This document shows, piece by piece, positions 29,121 through 41,821 of a DNA stretch of 64,000 nucleotides. This DNA is from Escherichia coli (GTDB lineage Bacteria > Pseudomonadota > Gammaproteobacteria > Enterobacterales > Enterobacteriaceae), in the NCBI RefSeq assembly GCF_003018255.1, contig NZ_CP027440.1, one strand, 5' to 3'. The position numbers and the translations under genes are program-made. Numbering within the stretch: the first letter of the stretch is position 1; every line of letters starts with the position of its first letter. The notes beneath the pieces are model-generated. The model worked only from the letters and a program-made list of their open reading frames with translations, did no database searches and was not told the origin of the DNA.

Positions 29121-32100
29121 TACGCCTCCTCCAGGGTGATACCGGCAAACATCTCATCCATCAGGTCAATCAACCCGGCGTTGGGTCGGGTCGCGTAGAT
29201 CCCTTGTTGCGGATGTTCTTTATCAACACCACGCAGGAACAGATAAATAACGCCGCCAAAGTGGCGCTCATAGTCGTAATCAGCAATGCGATGGCGCAGA
29301 TAACGGTGCAGCGCCAGGGTATAAAGCTGATATTGCAGATCATAGCGGTGTGCCTGCATTGCCGCTGCCATAGCCTGTTGGGTGTAAGCAGAACTGTCTT
29401 CACCCAACCAGTTGGATTTATAGTCGAGCAGGTAATAACGCCCTTCGTGGCGGAACACCAGGTCAATAAAGCCTTTTAACATGCCGCGTACCTGCATGAA
29501 CTCCAGCGGCGGGCAGCCAGCGGATAGCGAGTCAAACTGGCGAATTAGTGCATCAAGCTGGCTGGCGATGAGCGGTTCGCTAATCGGCAGGTAAAACTCC
29601 ATCTCCACCTGTTTATCGCGGTCGGAAAGCTGACTCAGGCTAACACCCGTTTCATTGAGAGGTGCCTGGAGGACAGCCGTGATCCACTCGGTCAACACCG
29701 GTTCCCACTGCGATTCAAAGCCGCCGAGTTCCAGTTTTTCCTGTACCCAGTTCGGGTCAACCGGCTGGGTAAAATCGAGGTCTTCAAACAAACTGTGCAA
29801 GAATGTCCCCGGTGACGCACCGCGCGGGAACTGATGCGGTGTTAACGTCGGTTCGTCAACGACGCTGACCACGCCTGCGGCATCAACATCCAGCCGTGGC
29901 ATCAGATCCTGAGCGATACCGTGACCACGCTGCTGCAAACCGGAGTAGCTGGTGACACGCCAGTTATCGCCGGGCAATCGTTGTAGCGTCCTCGCATTCA
30001 GTTCTGCAGTTATAGCATCATTAACCTGCCAGGGCTGGTTATCACCAGTTTGTGCCGTTTGCCAGGCAATATCATCATCGCATAACGCTTCAATACAGGT
30101 GCGAAGCCCTGCCGCATCTTGCGGTTCCCCTTTTTGCAGCAAACGCCCGAGCGCACTTTGGTGGACGTCGGTGTCACCTTTTTTATCGCCACGACGGCGC
30201 ACCAGCGGTGCAACGCCGAGACTGCAATGCCAAACCGAACGCGTCAGCGCCACGTAAAGCAAACGCAGATCTTCCGCCAGACGTTCGGCCTCCGCGAGAT
30301 CGACGCTTTCTGGCGCAGCATTAAGATCCAGAACAGCCTCAAACGAGTGGCGATCGTGATAGAACGCCTGATCCTGGACGCGGAAATTGGTAATAAATGG
30401 CAACCAGACCAGCGGATATTCCAGCCCTTTTGATTTATGGATCGTGACAATCTGCACCAGATGTTTATCACTTTCGAGGCGCATTTGTTGGCTGGAGGCA
30501 TTACTGTCTGGCTCGAGGATATGTTGCGATAACCAGCGTACCAGCGCATGTTCACTTTCCAGCTGCGTTCCGGCTTCTTGTAGCAATTCGCTGATATGCA
30601 AGATATCGGTAAGACGCCGCTCACCGCCTGCTGTTGCCAGCAAGTTTTCTGCAATGTTACGCGCCGACATCAGCGCCCGCAGCATCGGCATAACGCCACG
30701 TTTGCGCCAGATTTGCCGATAACCATCGAACTCTTCGACGACCGCATCCCACGCATGTTCGTCATTATTCAGCGTTTCAATATCCAGCGCATTCAGCCCC
30801 ATCATTGACGTTGCCAGCGCACTGCGCAGGGTGTTCTCACGTTCGGGAGTCATCACCGCCTGCAACAGCCAAAGCATCTCCTGCGCTTCCAGAGTTTCAA
30901 AAACACTGTCGCGGTTCGAAAGGTAAACGGAAGGGATTTCCAGCAGCATTAAGGCATCGCGCACCTGGGCGGCCTCCTGGCGGCTGCGCACCAGCACACT
31001 GATGTCCGAAGCACGCACCGGACGCGCGTCGTCGCCGTTCATCAGCAACGCTTCGCCCCGCTGTCCGGCTTGTAGCCAGTCGCGGATTTGCGCAGCACAT
31101 ACCTGCGCCATGGTACTTTGATAGTCGCCAACGCCGCAGCTTTCGCCTTCCATCAGCCACATTTTCATCGCAGGCTGCGTTTCACCTTTAAACACAAAAC
31201 GTAACGCCTGATTTTTGCCGGCAGATTTCACAGGAATAAACGGTATTTCACGAAACATGAACGCGTCATCAGTCTGGCTGAAAAGTTTGTTAACGCTGTT
31301 CACCATTCCCGGTGCGGAACGCCAGTTGGTATCTAAGGTGTAGTGAGCATGAACTTCGCTACGCGCCTTCATATAAGTGAAGATATCCGCACCCCGGAAT
31401 GCATAAATAGCCTGTTTCGGGTCGCCAATCAGCAACAATGCGGTTTCCGGCTGATGGTGCCAGATACGGCGAAAAATTCGATACTGCTGGGGGTCGGTAT
31501 CCTGAAATTCATCGATCATTGCCACCGGGAATCGCGTACGGATCGCCGCTGCCAATACCTCGCCGCTTTCACTACGCAGCGCGGAATCGAGCCGACTTAA
31601 CATGTCATCAAAACCCAATTCGCCACGGCGGCGTTTTTCACGCGCTACTGTTTCGCGGATCTCAGCCAATGCGCTGGTGATCACCAGATCGCGGATCGAC
31701 AATGGTTCTGCAAGCAGTTGATCGATCGCCTCAAACAGTGGATGTCGCGGGGTTTCCCCCCCGGCTTTCGTGCGATCTTCTAAGAAACGCTGAGAGAATT
31801 TTTCCAGCGACTCCGGCAACTGATAGCTGTTGGTCTCTTCTTCTGCCCAGGCGCTGATCTTGTCGATCCATTTAGCCTGATTGCTACGGTTAAACTTGCG
31901 TCGATCAATACCAGAAGATTCGATCAGCGCATCCAGTTCACCCACTGCGTCGCGCCACTGCTGTTTTACGGCATCAATACGCGCCACAATTTGCGCGTGG
32001 CGGGAAGCAAGCGTTTCATCATCGGGCGGCGGTGCTTTGATAACCGGTGCTTCGCCTTGCAGATAACGATTAATATCGCGCAGCAACGCCTGCGGCCCTT

Positions 32101-32662
32101 TCCAGGTTTCAAAGACCACCTGGGCAATTTCACGCGGCAGCGGGTAGCAGTGGCGACGCCAGAAATCGGCGCAGGCCTGGTAGCGTAGCAGAGACTCATC
32201 TTCAATCAGCTGCTGCTCAAACAGCATGCCGGATTCAAAGGCATTCAGGTTGAGCATGCGCTGGCAAAAACCGTGAATAGTAAAGACTGCCGCTTCATCC
32301 ATCTGCCGTTCGGCTAACAACAACCACTGCGCGGCTTGCGCTTTATCGTCGATCTCCTCCAGCAGGAGTTTGTACAGTGGATTGTCGGTGGTTTCACGCA
32401 GACAGGCGATGCGCAACTCGTGGATATTGCTACGGATACGACCGCGCAATTCTGCCGTGGCAGCCTCGGTAAAGGTGACCACCAGCAGTTCTTCAACGGT
32501 CAGCGGGCGGGGAAAGGCGGCAGAACCGCCTAGTCCAAGTAACAGGCGCAAATAGAGCGCCGCAATCGTAAAGGTTTTGCCTGTGCCGGCAGAGGCTTCA
32601 ATCAGGCGCTCGCCCTGTAAGGGCAAGCGCAAAGGATCTAGTGTCTCGGCGACATCACTCAT
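29120..32662 (-). CDS. recB: Exodeoxyribonuclease V beta subunit RecB
   Basis: 1180 aa from [13 protein letters not shown]. Helicase motif ASAGTGKTF. Confidence 0.92.
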   Translation of the reverse strand: MSDVAETLDPLRLPLQGERLIEASAGTGKTFTIAALYLRLLLGLGGSAAFPRPLTVEELLVVTFTEAATAELRGRIRSNIHELRIACLRETTDNPLYKLLLEEIDDKAQAAQWLLLAERQMDEAAVFTIHGFCQRMLNLNAFESGMLFEQQLIEDESLLRYQACADFWRRHCYPLPREIAQVVFETWKGPQALLRDINRYLQGEAPVIKAPPPDDETLASRHAQIVARIDAVKQQWRDAVGELDALIESSGIDRRKFNRSNQAKWIDKISAWAEEETNSYQLPESLEKFSQRFLEDRTKAGGETPRHPLFEAIDQLLAEPLSIRDLVITSALAEIRETVAREKRRRGELGFDDMLSRLDSALRSESGEVLAAAIRTRFPVAMIDEFQDTDPQQYRIFRRIWHHQPETALLLIGDPKQAIYAFRGADIFTYMKARSEVHAHYTLDTNWRSAPGMVNSVNKLFSQTDDAFMFREIPFIPVKSAGKNQALRFVFKGETQPAMKMWLMEGESCGVGDYQSTMAQVCAAQIRDWLQAGQRGEALLMNGDDARPVRASDISVLVRSRQEAAQVRDALMLLEIPSVYLSNRDSVFETLEAQEMLWLLQAVMTPERENTLRSALATSMMGLNALDIETLNNDEHAWDAVVEEFDGYRQIWRKRGVMPMLRALMSARNIAENLLATAGGERRLTDILHISELLQEAGTQLESEHALVRWLSQHILEPDSNASSQQMRLESDKHLVQIVTIHKSKGLEYPLVWLPFITNFRVQDQAFYHDRHSFEAVLDLNAAPESVDLAEAERLAEDLRLLYVALTRSVWHCSLGVAPLVRRRGDKKGDTDVHQSALGRLLQKGEPQDAAGLRTCIEALCDDDIAWQTAQTGDNQPWQVNDAITAELNARTLQRLPGDNWRVTSYSGLQQRGHGIAQDLMPRLDVDAAGVVSVVDEPTLTPHQFPRGASPGTFLHSLFEDLDFTQPVDPNWVQEKLELGGFESQWEPVLTEWITAVLQAPLNETGVSLSQLSDRDKQVEMEFYLPISEPLIASQLDALIRQFDSLSAGCPPLEFMQVRGMLKGFIDLVFRHEGRYYLLDYKSNWLGEDSSAYTQQAMAAAMQAHRYDLQYQLYTLALHRYLRHRIADYDYERHFGGVIYLFLRGVDKEHPQQGIYATRPNAGLIDLMDEMFAGITLEEA

Positions 32663-35543
32663 TCTTTTCACTCATCAGGGGCATTGTTTGCTGCAACGCG
32701 CTGACGTTCTCCCACACTTTCCAGCCTTCAGGATGCACATATTCGGCTTTCCCGTTCTGGCTGCCGGAAATCTGCGACAGAATAGCCATGCCTTGCGGCT
32801 CGACCACCGCCTGATGGAAGAAATCAGCAAGTTTTTGCGGCGTCAGCAGTTTTATCTGGGCCACGATTTTATCACGCGAATCGAAGCGCATATTGCCGCG
32901 ATCGAAATCTTTACTTAACTTCGATGCTTCTTCGCCGAGCGTTTGCGGTGCCTGCAGCATCTGGGTTATTACCGCCTGCTGGATTTGCGCAAACTCCTCT
33001 GGCTTCATCGCCCGCAATTTTGCCTCTGCGGTTGGGAAAAACGCCTTGTAACGCTCCCACAAGAATGAAGGCTGTTTATCATTGCTTTGCAAAAGGAAGC
33101 CCATGCCCCACTGACGCCCCACGCTCATTGGAAACGCAAACACGGCATAGCCCAACTGTTCTTCGGTACGCAACTGATTGTAGAACCACGGCTGTACGAT
33201 CTGCCCCAACAGAGAGCTATAGGCTGAGCTGGTGTATTCATCGTAGCCAGTCGGTACAAATACCGCTGCCAGTGCGGAGTCGGTGCTGTTACCGGCTTTT
33301 TCAAAGATGACAGATTGTTTTTTATCGACCACGACATCTTTGTTACGGCACCACTCCGAACCATCAGCGCCCAACTGTTTTTGCACATCGCGTGCCAGCG
33401 TTGTTGCCTGGGCTTCGGTCATGTTGCCAATAACCATAAACTCTGGTCGAGCCCCTGATTTTAAGGCGTCGCGATAGGCCAGCACCTCTTTCAAAGTGAT
33501 TGAAGGCAAAATTTTGCGCCGTTCATCTCGCGAGAAGTACGGCACTTGCGAGAGCATCTGCGCGGGCATAATCGCCTGCTCGAACGCTTTGCCCTTTTCT
33601 GCGGAATCCATCATCTGGTTATACCAGGACTTCGCCTGCTCAAGCTGATCTTCCGTAGCGGTATAGCTAAAGTACCCCTCGAGCAATGCCTGGAACAGCT
33701 GCGGCAGACGCTGGGTGTAACCATTAGCATTAACCATAAGGCCGTTGTTAGCGTTGGTGGAAAAACTAATGCCACCAACCGACGCCTGGTTGCTTAACTG
33801 ATCAAGCGCTAGCCCGGCAAGATAATCATTGAGCGCAAACATCACCTGATTGCGGGCGCTGTCCATGGCTTTCGGATTACGCAAAATCAGGCTGACATCA
33901 GCTTTGGGTTCGCTGGAAAAATAACGGCTTGGCGCATAGACCACACGCAGATTCGACTCATCAACAATAAGCTCTGGATGGTCATATTTCTTCTCTGACT
34001 TAATCAGCGAGAAATCGTCAGGAATATAGGGGTTAAGCTCTGGCAAAGAGAGCGCAATGTCGGCGGCTTTTTTCTGCCAGTCAGCGAAAGTTTGTGCGCT
34101 AATTTTATCGACCTGATACGGCGCATCGACAAAGTAAGCCGTTTTGTTGTGCGGCTCTTTCGGGCTGATATACCAGATACGCGCATTCTGCGGCGTCATC
34201 ATCGCCAGGCGTTCTTTTACTGCTTTAGCGTCGTACCGATCGGCAATATTGACTGCATCCAGCGTATGCTCAACAGGAACGCGAATCATGGTATCTGCCA
34301 GCCATTCGACGTAATCCATATCACGGGTGATTGACGGATAACGAAAGTCGATATCCAGCACATTCGCCAGTTCATCGAAGTATTGTTTATCAATCCCTTT
34401 TTCGCGTAACAGATTGAGGTAGCTAAAAATGGCCGCCACAACCTGATCGCGATTCGCCAGACCTTTATCGGTTAAAGACGCAGAGATCGCTAATACGCCG
34501 CTGTTGCCGTTGACGATAGGATCGGAATTGGCGCTAATGCCCTCAACTAATCCCTGCTTTTGCAGCCAGTCAGAAAGTGTACCTGGGCTGCGATTACCGA
34601 TCAGATAGGTAATCAATTCATCCGTTTTACTACGGAACTTCGCTGAATTGTTATCGATGCGAAACTCAACGCGCAGAACTTTACGCGGCAGCGCCGGGAC
34701 GTAATGAATGATAATACCTTTTTGCGCGTCGGTGACTACCGGCACGGTGATTTCCGGTTTTTTGCTCTCTTTGTTCGGCACGCGACCAAAGGTGTCCGCC
34801 GCCATTTTTGCCAACTCCGGCAGCGGTTTATTGCTGTAAATAACCGCCTTCATCAGATTGGCAGAGTAATATTTCTCGTGAAAATCTTTCAGCGCCTGCT
34901 GCACCGGATTTCCGGGTTTGTCGCTTAAAGTTTCGAGGTTACCACCAGAAAACTTTGAACCGGGGTGTGCCGGGTTAATGGTTTCTGCGCTGACCTGTGC
35001 CATGCGCATCCCGTCACGCGTACGCGCCATGGTTAATTCGGCATTCACTGCATTACGTTCACGTTCGGCGTATTTCTTGTCGAGCAAGGGTTCTGCAATA
35101 GCGTCCGCCAGGCGGTCTACCGCACCGGGCAAGGCGTCGTTCTCAACTTCCAGATAGAAAGCCGTGCGATACGGTGCCGTGCTGGCATTGTGACTGCCGC
35201 CGTGCATTTTGAGATATTCGGCCAGACTGTCAGCCTGCGGGTACTTTTTCGACCCCATCAGACTCATATGTTCAAGGTAATGTGCCAGCCCCTGGTACGC
35301 CTCGGGATCTTCCAGCGACCCAACGGGCACTACCAGCGCCGAGAGCGATTTAACCGCCTGCGGATCAGAAACCAGCAAGACCACCATACCGTTATCCAGA
35401 CGTATAGCCTGATACTGGCGGTTATCTTTATCACTTTTACGGATGGTTTCCTGAATCGGCTGCCATCCCGTTTCTGCCTGACTTAAGGGTGCCCAAAGGG
35501 CAACAAACAACAATAATGCTTTGAACCAGGTGCTGCGGGGCAT
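32655..35543 (-). CDS. ptrA: Protease III (pitrilysin)
   Basis: 962 aa. Signal peptide. Inverted zincin motif HYLEH. Confidence 0.92.
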   Translation of the reverse strand: MPRSTWFKALLLFVALWAPLSQAETGWQPIQETIRKSDKDNRQYQAIRLDNGMVVLLVSDPQAVKSLSALVVPVGSLEDPEAYQGLAHYLEHMSLMGSKKYPQADSLAEYLKMHGGSHNASTAPYRTAFYLEVENDALPGAVDRLADAIAEPLLDKKYAERERNAVNAELTMARTRDGMRMAQVSAETINPAHPGSKFSGGNLETLSDKPGNPVQQALKDFHEKYYSANLMKAVIYSNKPLPELAKMAADTFGRVPNKESKKPEITVPVVTDAQKGIIIHYVPALPRKVLRVEFRIDNNSAKFRSKTDELITYLIGNRSPGTLSDWLQKQGLVEGISANSDPIVNGNSGVLAISASLTDKGLANRDQVVAAIFSYLNLLREKGIDKQYFDELANVLDIDFRYPSITRDMDYVEWLADTMIRVPVEHTLDAVNIADRYDAKAVKERLAMMTPQNARIWYISPKEPHNKTAYFVDAPYQVDKISAQTFADWQKKAADIALSLPELNPYIPDDFSLIKSEKKYDHPELIVDESNLRVVYAPSRYFSSEPKADVSLILRNPKAMDSARNQVMFALNDYLAGLALDQLSNQASVGGISFSTNANNGLMVNANGYTQRLPQLFQALLEGYFSYTATEDQLEQAKSWYNQMMDSAEKGKAFEQAIMPAQMLSQVPYFSRDERRKILPSITLKEVLAYRDALKSGARPEFMVIGNMTEAQATTLARDVQKQLGADGSEWCRNKDVVVDKKQSVIFEKAGNSTDSALAAVFVPTGYDEYTSSAYSSLLGQIVQPWFYNQLRTEEQLGYAVFAFPMSVGRQWGMGFLLQSNDKQPSFLWERYKAFFPTAEAKLRAMKPEEFAQIQQAVITQMLQAPQTLGEEASKLSKDFDRGNMRFDSRDKIVAQIKLLTPQKLADFFHQAVVEPQGMAILSQISGSQNGKAEYVHPEGWKVWENVSALQQTMPLMSEKNE

Positions 35544-35718
35544 TCACGGACCTCATAATCAACTTTATTTTCTGGCCAGATTCAACAGGTTAACGCAAAT
35601 CATCTGCCAGAATTTAATCTTGTGCTGAACGAGTCAGCCTATGTCTATATATCCATCAGTCCGTGACTGGTGCGCATCATAAAGCAAGCAGATATATTGC
35701 GCAATTTTTATACAGCAC

Positions 35719-38700
35719 TCATGACTGATTAAAGCGAAACAGCGGTAACAGGAAACGTTGCGACTGTTCAACGATAGCCTCCATTGTCTCTGGTGTTAAT
35801 TGCCGCCAGAGCCGTTGATACCAGATATCATCACCTTCGCCACGCACCATCATGTTGCCTTCGTAAGCCTGAAGGAATTTCGTACGGGCTTTTTGTAACG
35901 TGGAATCGTCATCCAGCATGGCATCGTTTTGCGCGTCATAACAGGTTTTTAGCCACGCGCCGCCACTTTCAGGTAACACCAGCAATGGCGCGGACATTCC
36001 TTCACGATACCCCTCAATCAGTTGTGAGAGGTAATGCAAAGCCTGTTCGGCTGCAAGCGGCGGAAAACGCCACTCGCCGTCTTTGCGTAGAAAAAGGCGA
36101 CTTTCACCATTACCACCGCTGGCACAGTAGACAAGGTGTTCCAGCCAAAGTTGCATTCCCTGCGCCACACTTAATAAAGAGGGACGCCAGCGCAACAGGC
36201 CATCCGGCTGCACCTGCGGCAACCAGCCAGTTATCTGCACACCGTTGCAGGCGAGATCAATTTCCATACTCTGCCCCGGCTGGCGACGTGCAATGACTCT
36301 GTCGGCAAGCTGCTGCATCTCCTGGCACTGTGTTTCCCAGAAAATTTCACCAAAAGCGCCATACGGTAAATCCCCTGCCGCCCGGAAGCGGCGGAATAAG
36401 CGATCGGCATCATCCTGCTCAACCAGTGCATTCAATAACTGCTGATTGATTTGATAACGGCTAAGCCCTTCCAGAATAAATGGCTCGGTGTCGGGGATTT
36501 CGCTGTCTTCAGTACGGAAGTTCACCTGCAAACGCATCTGGAAGAACGCCCGTACCGGATGTGCCCAGAATCGTTGTAGCGTTTCCAGCGGCACGGTTTC
36601 CGGTAAGGTAAACGGCAGCGGCTGAACAAATTCAGAATGTGCTTTACCAGCCTGGCTGGCCGCAGGTAGCCATTCACGAGCATAGCTTTGTCGTTCGCCT
36701 GGCTGGTAGTTTTGCGGATCAAACGGCATCCGGGTATGGAGGCAAGTAAGATGCGCTTTTACCCTTGCCTCGCTTTCATCACAGTTGAGCGCTTCATCGC
36801 CCGGTAGATAATGGCTTTGCCCGATGTAGTCGATCAGTTCCTGCACCAGTACCGACGGGAAACGTTCACTGTTATCCTGAATAGAACGCCCGATATAGCT
36901 GATATAGAGTTTTTGCTGCGCGGAAATTAACGCTTCCAGGAACAGATAGCGGTCGTCATCGCGACGGCTACGGTCGCCACGCTTCGGTTTCTGGCTCATC
37001 AGGTCAAAGCCCAATGGCGCAAGCTGGCGTGGATAAACGCCGTCGTTCATTCCCAGCAGGCAAACCACTTTGAATGGGATGGAACGCATTGGCATCAGAG
37101 TACAAATGTTAACCGGTCCGGCGAGAAAACGCTGGCTGATACGTTCCTGATCCAGGCGCTGTGCCAGTTCATCACGCAATAGTGACAGCGGCACCGCGTC
37201 GCCATACTGCGCACCTAAACCTTCGGCGATAATCGCCTGCCATTGTTGTTCGATCAGCGTCATAGCCGCTTCGGTTTCCGCATCCGGCAGGAAGAAGGCG
37301 TTGAGCATATCGCGACAAACCGGCAACCACTCTTCCAGCGGACGCTCCTGCGCCAGCCCGCGACGCCAGATGTTTAGCTGCATTAGCAGTGAAGCCAGAT
37401 GCCCCACCAGTTCTGCAATTAAGCCGCTCGATTCATCATAAGGTAGAACCGATTGCCACTCGCCCTGCGCGCTCTCCATCGCGTAGCCCAGCAACATACG
37501 CGTCAGGCCAAATCGCCAGGTGTGTTGTCCGGTGGCGGGGAGTTCCAGCTCGCGAACGTTGTCGTCATCTATCCCCCAACGAATGCCGGATTCGTTGACC
37601 CACTGGCGTAAATAACGCAGCCCTTCTTCGGTGATGTCAAACCGCGCCGCCAGCACCGGCACATCCAGCAGCGCCAGCACATCCTCTGACACAAAGCGAC
37701 TGTCAGGCAGTGATAACAGGCTGATAAACGCTTCCAATACCGGATGTGACTGCCGCGCCCGACGGTCGGAAATGGCGTAAGGCAGGTAACGATCCGCAGG
37801 TGCGCTACCAAACACAGCCTGAATAAACGGACTGTAGCTGTCGATGTCGGCCACCATCACGATGATGTCGCGCGGAGTCAGTGTCGGGTCTTCCTCCAGC
37901 ATCGCCAGCAGGCGATCGTGTAAAACTTCAACTTCACGCTGCGGGCTATGGCAAACGTGAAAGGTGATACTGCTATCCAGTGGATCAAGCGGGCGTTTGT
38001 TATCGCTACGGGAAAACTCTTCGATGTTTACACCAGCAACGGCGCGGTTTTCCAGTTCCAGAATGTCAGACTGAATGTTATGCAGCAGGTTATCTGGCGT
38101 AACATCGACAAAAGCGTCCAGCTCCTGGCTGCTCTCCAGATCAGAAAGGAGATAAATGTAGTCGCGCCCAAGCTTGCCCCATGAGGCCAGCAGCGGGTTG
38201 CCGACATCCTGTTCACCATCGCTGTTAAAGAGCTGCCCGGCATTTTCGCTGTCGCGAAATAGCGGTAATTCTCGATCTTCAAAACTGTGTCGGCGCTGGC
38301 GAGTCAGTAGTTTCGCCAGATAAGCAGGATCTTTAATGTCGCCCCAGTAATAACGGCAGGGGTTGGTAAACAGGAGATGGATTTCAATATGTTTACCCAG
38401 CGCCTGGAGTGCCTGGAGATAAACAGGCGGTAACGCGGAAATACCGCATATAAAGACGCGCGAAGGTAACCCCGGCGGGCAGGTCGTCGCGGACTCCAGC
38501 GTTTCGATAAAGCGCTGATAGAGATTGGCGCGGTGCCAGCGCGGTTGCCCGAGTTCATGGGTATATTCCACCAACGCCTTCCACAACGGCGCTTGCCAGG
38601 CCTGTGCTTCTCCCAGCCCTTCAACCAAATGTCCTATTTCCCACTGTGCCAGCCAGTCCGGACGATAGACCAGATACTGGTCAAACAGGTCCGCCGCTTT

Positions 38701-39087
38701 TGAAGAAAGCTGGAACAGTTTTCGCTTGTCGCTATCGTCAGTCAGATAATGCCGCAACAGGGTAAAGTCTTCGCGCTCCAACAGTTGCGGCAGCAGAGTC
38801 ATCAGTTTCCAGCTCATGCTCTGTTTGTTAAAGGCGCTCTCTTTGGGGATTTCCGGTAACACCCGGACGAACATATCCCAGATAAAGCTCGCTGGCAGCG
38901 GAAAATCAATGTTTGCCGCAATACCAAACTTTTGCGACAGGGTCATTTGCAGCCACTGCGCCATACCGGTACTTTGCACCAGAATCATTTCTGGTTCGAA
39001 AGGATCGTCCAGCCGTTCGCGTTCGACGATAAACTCCATCAACGCTTCCAGCACGTCCAGACGATTGGAATGGTAGACCCTTAACAT
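35719..39087 (-). CDS. recC: Exodeoxyribonuclease V gamma subunit RecC
   Basis: 1122 aa. Conserved position between ptrA and ppdC. Confidence 0.92.
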   Translation of the reverse strand: MLRVYHSNRLDVLEALMEFIVERERLDDPFEPEMILVQSTGMAQWLQMTLSQKFGIAANIDFPLPASFIWDMFVRVLPEIPKESAFNKQSMSWKLMTLLPQLLEREDFTLLRHYLTDDSDKRKLFQLSSKAADLFDQYLVYRPDWLAQWEIGHLVEGLGEAQAWQAPLWKALVEYTHELGQPRWHRANLYQRFIETLESATTCPPGLPSRVFICGISALPPVYLQALQALGKHIEIHLLFTNPCRYYWGDIKDPAYLAKLLTRQRRHSFEDRELPLFRDSENAGQLFNSDGEQDVGNPLLASWGKLGRDYIYLLSDLESSQELDAFVDVTPDNLLHNIQSDILELENRAVAGVNIEEFSRSDNKRPLDPLDSSITFHVCHSPQREVEVLHDRLLAMLEEDPTLTPRDIIVMVADIDSYSPFIQAVFGSAPADRYLPYAISDRRARQSHPVLEAFISLLSLPDSRFVSEDVLALLDVPVLAARFDITEEGLRYLRQWVNESGIRWGIDDDNVRELELPATGQHTWRFGLTRMLLGYAMESAQGEWQSVLPYDESSGLIAELVGHLASLLMQLNIWRRGLAQERPLEEWLPVCRDMLNAFFLPDAETEAAMTLIEQQWQAIIAEGLGAQYGDAVPLSLLRDELAQRLDQERISQRFLAGPVNICTLMPMRSIPFKVVCLLGMNDGVYPRQLAPLGFDLMSQKPKRGDRSRRDDDRYLFLEALISAQQKLYISYIGRSIQDNSERFPSVLVQELIDYIGQSHYLPGDEALNCDESEARVKAHLTCLHTRMPFDPQNYQPGERQSYAREWLPAASQAGKAHSEFVQPLPFTLPETVPLETLQRFWAHPVRAFFQMRLQVNFRTEDSEIPDTEPFILEGLSRYQINQQLLNALVEQDDADRLFRRFRAAGDLPYGAFGEIFWETQCQEMQQLADRVIARRQPGQSMEIDLACNGVQITGWLPQVQPDGLLRWRPSLLSVAQGMQLWLEHLVYCASGGNGESRLFLRKDGEWRFPPLAAEQALHYLSQLIEGYREGMSAPLLVLPESGGAWLKTCYDAQNDAMLDDDSTLQKARTKFLQAYEGNMMVRGEGDDIWYQRLWRQLTPETMEAIVEQSQRFLLPLFRFNQS

Positions 39088-39099
39088 AGCGGCTCCTGA

Positions 39100-39423
39100 C
39101 TACTGACGATTCGGGCAATGCAGGCGGGTCATCTCGCCTTCTCTGCCCCCGGGTGAAACTAGCGTAACGCTGATGCTGACACATCCCGCCTGCGATGTCT
39201 GCATTCGGTTGACCTGCCAGTTAGCAGGTGGCGAAATCGCGCGCAGTTGCGTTTGCTGCCAGCCATGCCGCCAGAGCTGTTGGTACTGGTTTCTGCTGGC
39301 AAGACTGTTCATTAATGTTCGCTGGAAACCCGATAACGCAGTGACAATCATCACCATCAACACCATCGCCAACATTACCTCCGGCAGACTAAAGCCTTGT
39401 TGATTCCTCAGGGAAGCTGACAT
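39100..39423 (-). CDS. ppdC: Prepilin-type protein PpdC
   Basis: 107 aa from [24 protein letters not shown] (prepilin N-methylation-like N-terminus). Confidence 0.85.
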   Translation of the reverse strand: MSASLRNQQGFSLPEVMLAMVLMVMIVTALSGFQRTLMNSLASRNQYQQLWRHGWQQTQLRAISPPANWQVNRMQTSQAGCVSISVTLVSPGGREGEMTRLHCPNRQ

Positions 39424-39815
39424 AACGCCCTCTCTTTCAGCGGACAAAAATCGCTCCAGCCGCGTGGCGAAAAAACAATGTTTCCATCGATGACTTCGCC
39501 TGTTCGCCACAACGAAACGCCTTCATAACCAGCAATCAATAAGGCTTCATTATCTGCCAGTAAACGCAGACAAACCCGGGCACCGGTGGCAGCATACAGT
39601 AAGCACTGAACTGCGGGCAGCGTCTGCCAGGAGTGCATTTTTCCCCACTCCAGCGCCGACTGAACGATGGCCTGGCGGCGCAATGACTGACTTTCCATGC
39701 TCACGCGAGAAGCAAAACTGCGATCCTGCTGACTCATTCCTTGCAATAGCAAGCTACCCAAAATCAGCAGCATCAGGACCAGAGCCAGTGACGAAACACC
39801 CTTTTCGCGGTTCAC
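39408..39815 (-). CDS. ygdB: YgdB family protein
   Basis: 135 aa. Conserved gene between ppdC and ppdB. Confidence 0.85.
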   Translation of the reverse strand: MNREKGVSSLALVLMLLILGSLLLQGMSQQDRSFASRVSMESQSLRRQAIVQSALEWGKMHSWQTLPAVQCLLYAATGARVCLRLLADNEALLIAGYEGVSLWRTGEVIDGNIVFSPRGWSDFCPLKERALCQLP

Positions 39816-40375
39816 AGGTTGGATCCTGTCACGCTATAGCTGGCATCCACCACGGTTTGCGGATCAGCCTTGCTGGCAGCGTGCATATTAACCGTCAACA
39901 CCGGCGAGAAGCCGCTGACATCCTGACGTACGACCTGAAAAGTGTCGATAATGATGGCATCCGGATTAGTGACTTTATCCCAGCCCTTACCTTCACAGGA
40001 TGTCGCACCGCGTAGCGTTTCCAGCACATGCTCCTTCAGACGAAATCCAATCTGGTCGGACTCTTTTACCGGTTCGCGATCCCAGATACCATTACTGTTC
40101 GCATCCCACTGCACAATGACACAGTCACCCTGTCCGACAATTTCCAGCCCTTCGCCCGTACAGCTGCCATGGCAATAACCCGCCCTCTGGAGATGCTTCG
40201 CGACGGTAAATACCCGCAGCCAGATTTCATCTTCCAGCGCCAGCTTACGGGTGTTCGTTAAACTTTCACGCTGTAACGCAGGCAGAAAGCGTGCAGCCCC
40301 CAGCAACAATACGCTACTGATCGCCATAGCAATCAACACTTCCAGCAGAGAAAAACCTTGCTCTTTTACAGGCAT
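39812..40375 (-). CDS. ppdB: Prepilin-type protein PpdB
   Basis: 187 aa from [21 protein letters not shown]. Confidence 0.85.
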   Translation of the reverse strand: MPVKEQGFSLLEVLIAMAISSVLLLGAARFLPALQRESLTNTRKLALEDEIWLRVFTVAKHLQRAGYCHGSCTGEGLEIVGQGDCVIVQWDANSNGIWDREPVKESDQIGFRLKEHVLETLRGATSCEGKGWDKVTNPDAIIIDTFQVVRQDVSGFSPVLTVNMHAASKADPQTVVDASYSVTGSNL

Positions 40376-40836
40376 CCTTCTGTTTCTCCTTGCTGACAAA
40401 GCCGGAGTCTTCCCCACGGCGAAACCACTAGCCACCACTCGCCCGTTGAGTTTTTGAAGCGAATATGCCCGGCCCATGCGGTATTGCGCAGGCCAAAGAA
40501 AGCAAGCGAAGGTGTCAGGTCGCTCATTTCGACTTCGGGCCAGCGCGGCACAAAGACCAATGGTGAACTGCCATGACAGGTATTCGCCCCAGCAACGGAA
40601 CTCACAAGGCACCATAACGTCCCCTCCCTGATAAGACTGATACTGTGGTCGCGGTTATGCCAGTTGGCATCTTCACGTAAATAGAGCAAATAGTCCCGCG
40701 CCTGGCTGGCGGTTTGCCAAAGCCGTTGCGACTGCTGCCAGTATTGCCAGCCATAAAGCCCACTTGCGCTTAGCATGACCAGAATCAGCATCGCGACCAG
40801 CGTTTCAATCAGCGTATAACCACGTTGTGTTTTCAT
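40366..40836 (-). CDS. ppdA: Prepilin-type protein PpdA
   Basis: 156 aa. [19 protein letters not shown] prepilin leader. Confidence 0.88.
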   Translation of the reverse strand: MKTQRGYTLIETLVAMLILVMLSASGLYGWQYWQQSQRLWQTASQARDYLLYLREDANWHNRDHSISLIREGTLWCLVSSVAGANTCHGSSPLVFVPRWPEVEMSDLTPSLAFFGLRNTAWAGHIRFKNSTGEWWLVVSPWGRLRLCQQGETEGCL

Positions 40837-40971
40837 GCCGGCAGTATGGAGCGAGGAGAAAAAAAGACGAGGGCCAGTTTCTATTTCTTCGGCACATCTT
40901 CCGGACTATTTACGCCGTTGCAGGACGTTGCAAAATTTCGGGAAGGTGTCTCGAAGAATTTAACGGAGGGC

Positions 40972-40999
40972 AAAAAAAACCGACGCACACTGGCGTCGG
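40972..40999 (-). terminator. Rho-independent terminator downstream of thyA
   Basis: Minus-strand hairpin CCGACGCCAGTGTGCGTCGG followed by T8. Confidence 0.65.
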
Positions 41000-41020
41000 C
41001 TCTGGCAGGATGTTTCGTAA

Positions 41021-41815
41021 TTAGATAGCCACCGGCGCTTTAATGCCCGGATGTGGATCGTATCCTTCAATCTCAAAGTCTTCGAAACGGTAGTCGAAGA
41101 TGGATTCGGGTTTACGTTTGATAATCAACTTCGGCAGCGGACGCGGTTCGCGGCTTAATTGCAGATGAGTTTGATCCATATGGTTGCTGTAGAGATGCGT
41201 GTCGCCACCGGTCCAGACAAAATCACCCACTTCCAGATCGCACTGCTGCGCCATCATATGCACCAGTAACGCGTAGCTGGCAATGTTGAACGGCAGGCCG
41301 AGGAAGACGTCACAGGAGCGCTGATAAAGCTGGCAAGAGAGTTTGCCGTCTGCCACATAGAACTGGAAGAATGCATGGCACGGTGCCAGCGCCATTTTAT
41401 CCAGTTCGCCTACGTTCCACGCTGAAACAATAATGCGGCGGGAATCCGGGTCGTTTTTCAGCTGGTTCAGTACAGTAGTGATCTGGTCAATATGACGACC
41501 ATCCGGCGTTGGCCAGGCGCGCCACTGTTTACCATACACTGGCCCGAGGTCGCCGTTTTCATCGGCCCATTCGTCCCAGATGGTGACATTGTTTTCGTGT
41601 AGATAAGCAATGTTAGTGTCGCCCTGCAGGAACCACAGCAGTTCGTGGATGATGGAACGCAGGTGGCAACGTTTAGTTGTCACCAGCGGGAATCCATCCT
41701 GCAGGTTAAAACGCATCTGATGACCAAAAATGGAAAGCGTTCCGGTTCCGGTACGGTCGTTTTTCTGTGTGCCTTCGTCGAGCACTTTTTGCATCAGTTC
41801 TAAATACTGTTTCAT
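41021..41815 (-). CDS. thyA: Thymidylate synthase
   Basis: 264 aa with highly conserved ThyA sequence. Confidence 0.95.
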
Positions 41816-41821
41816 GGTTCC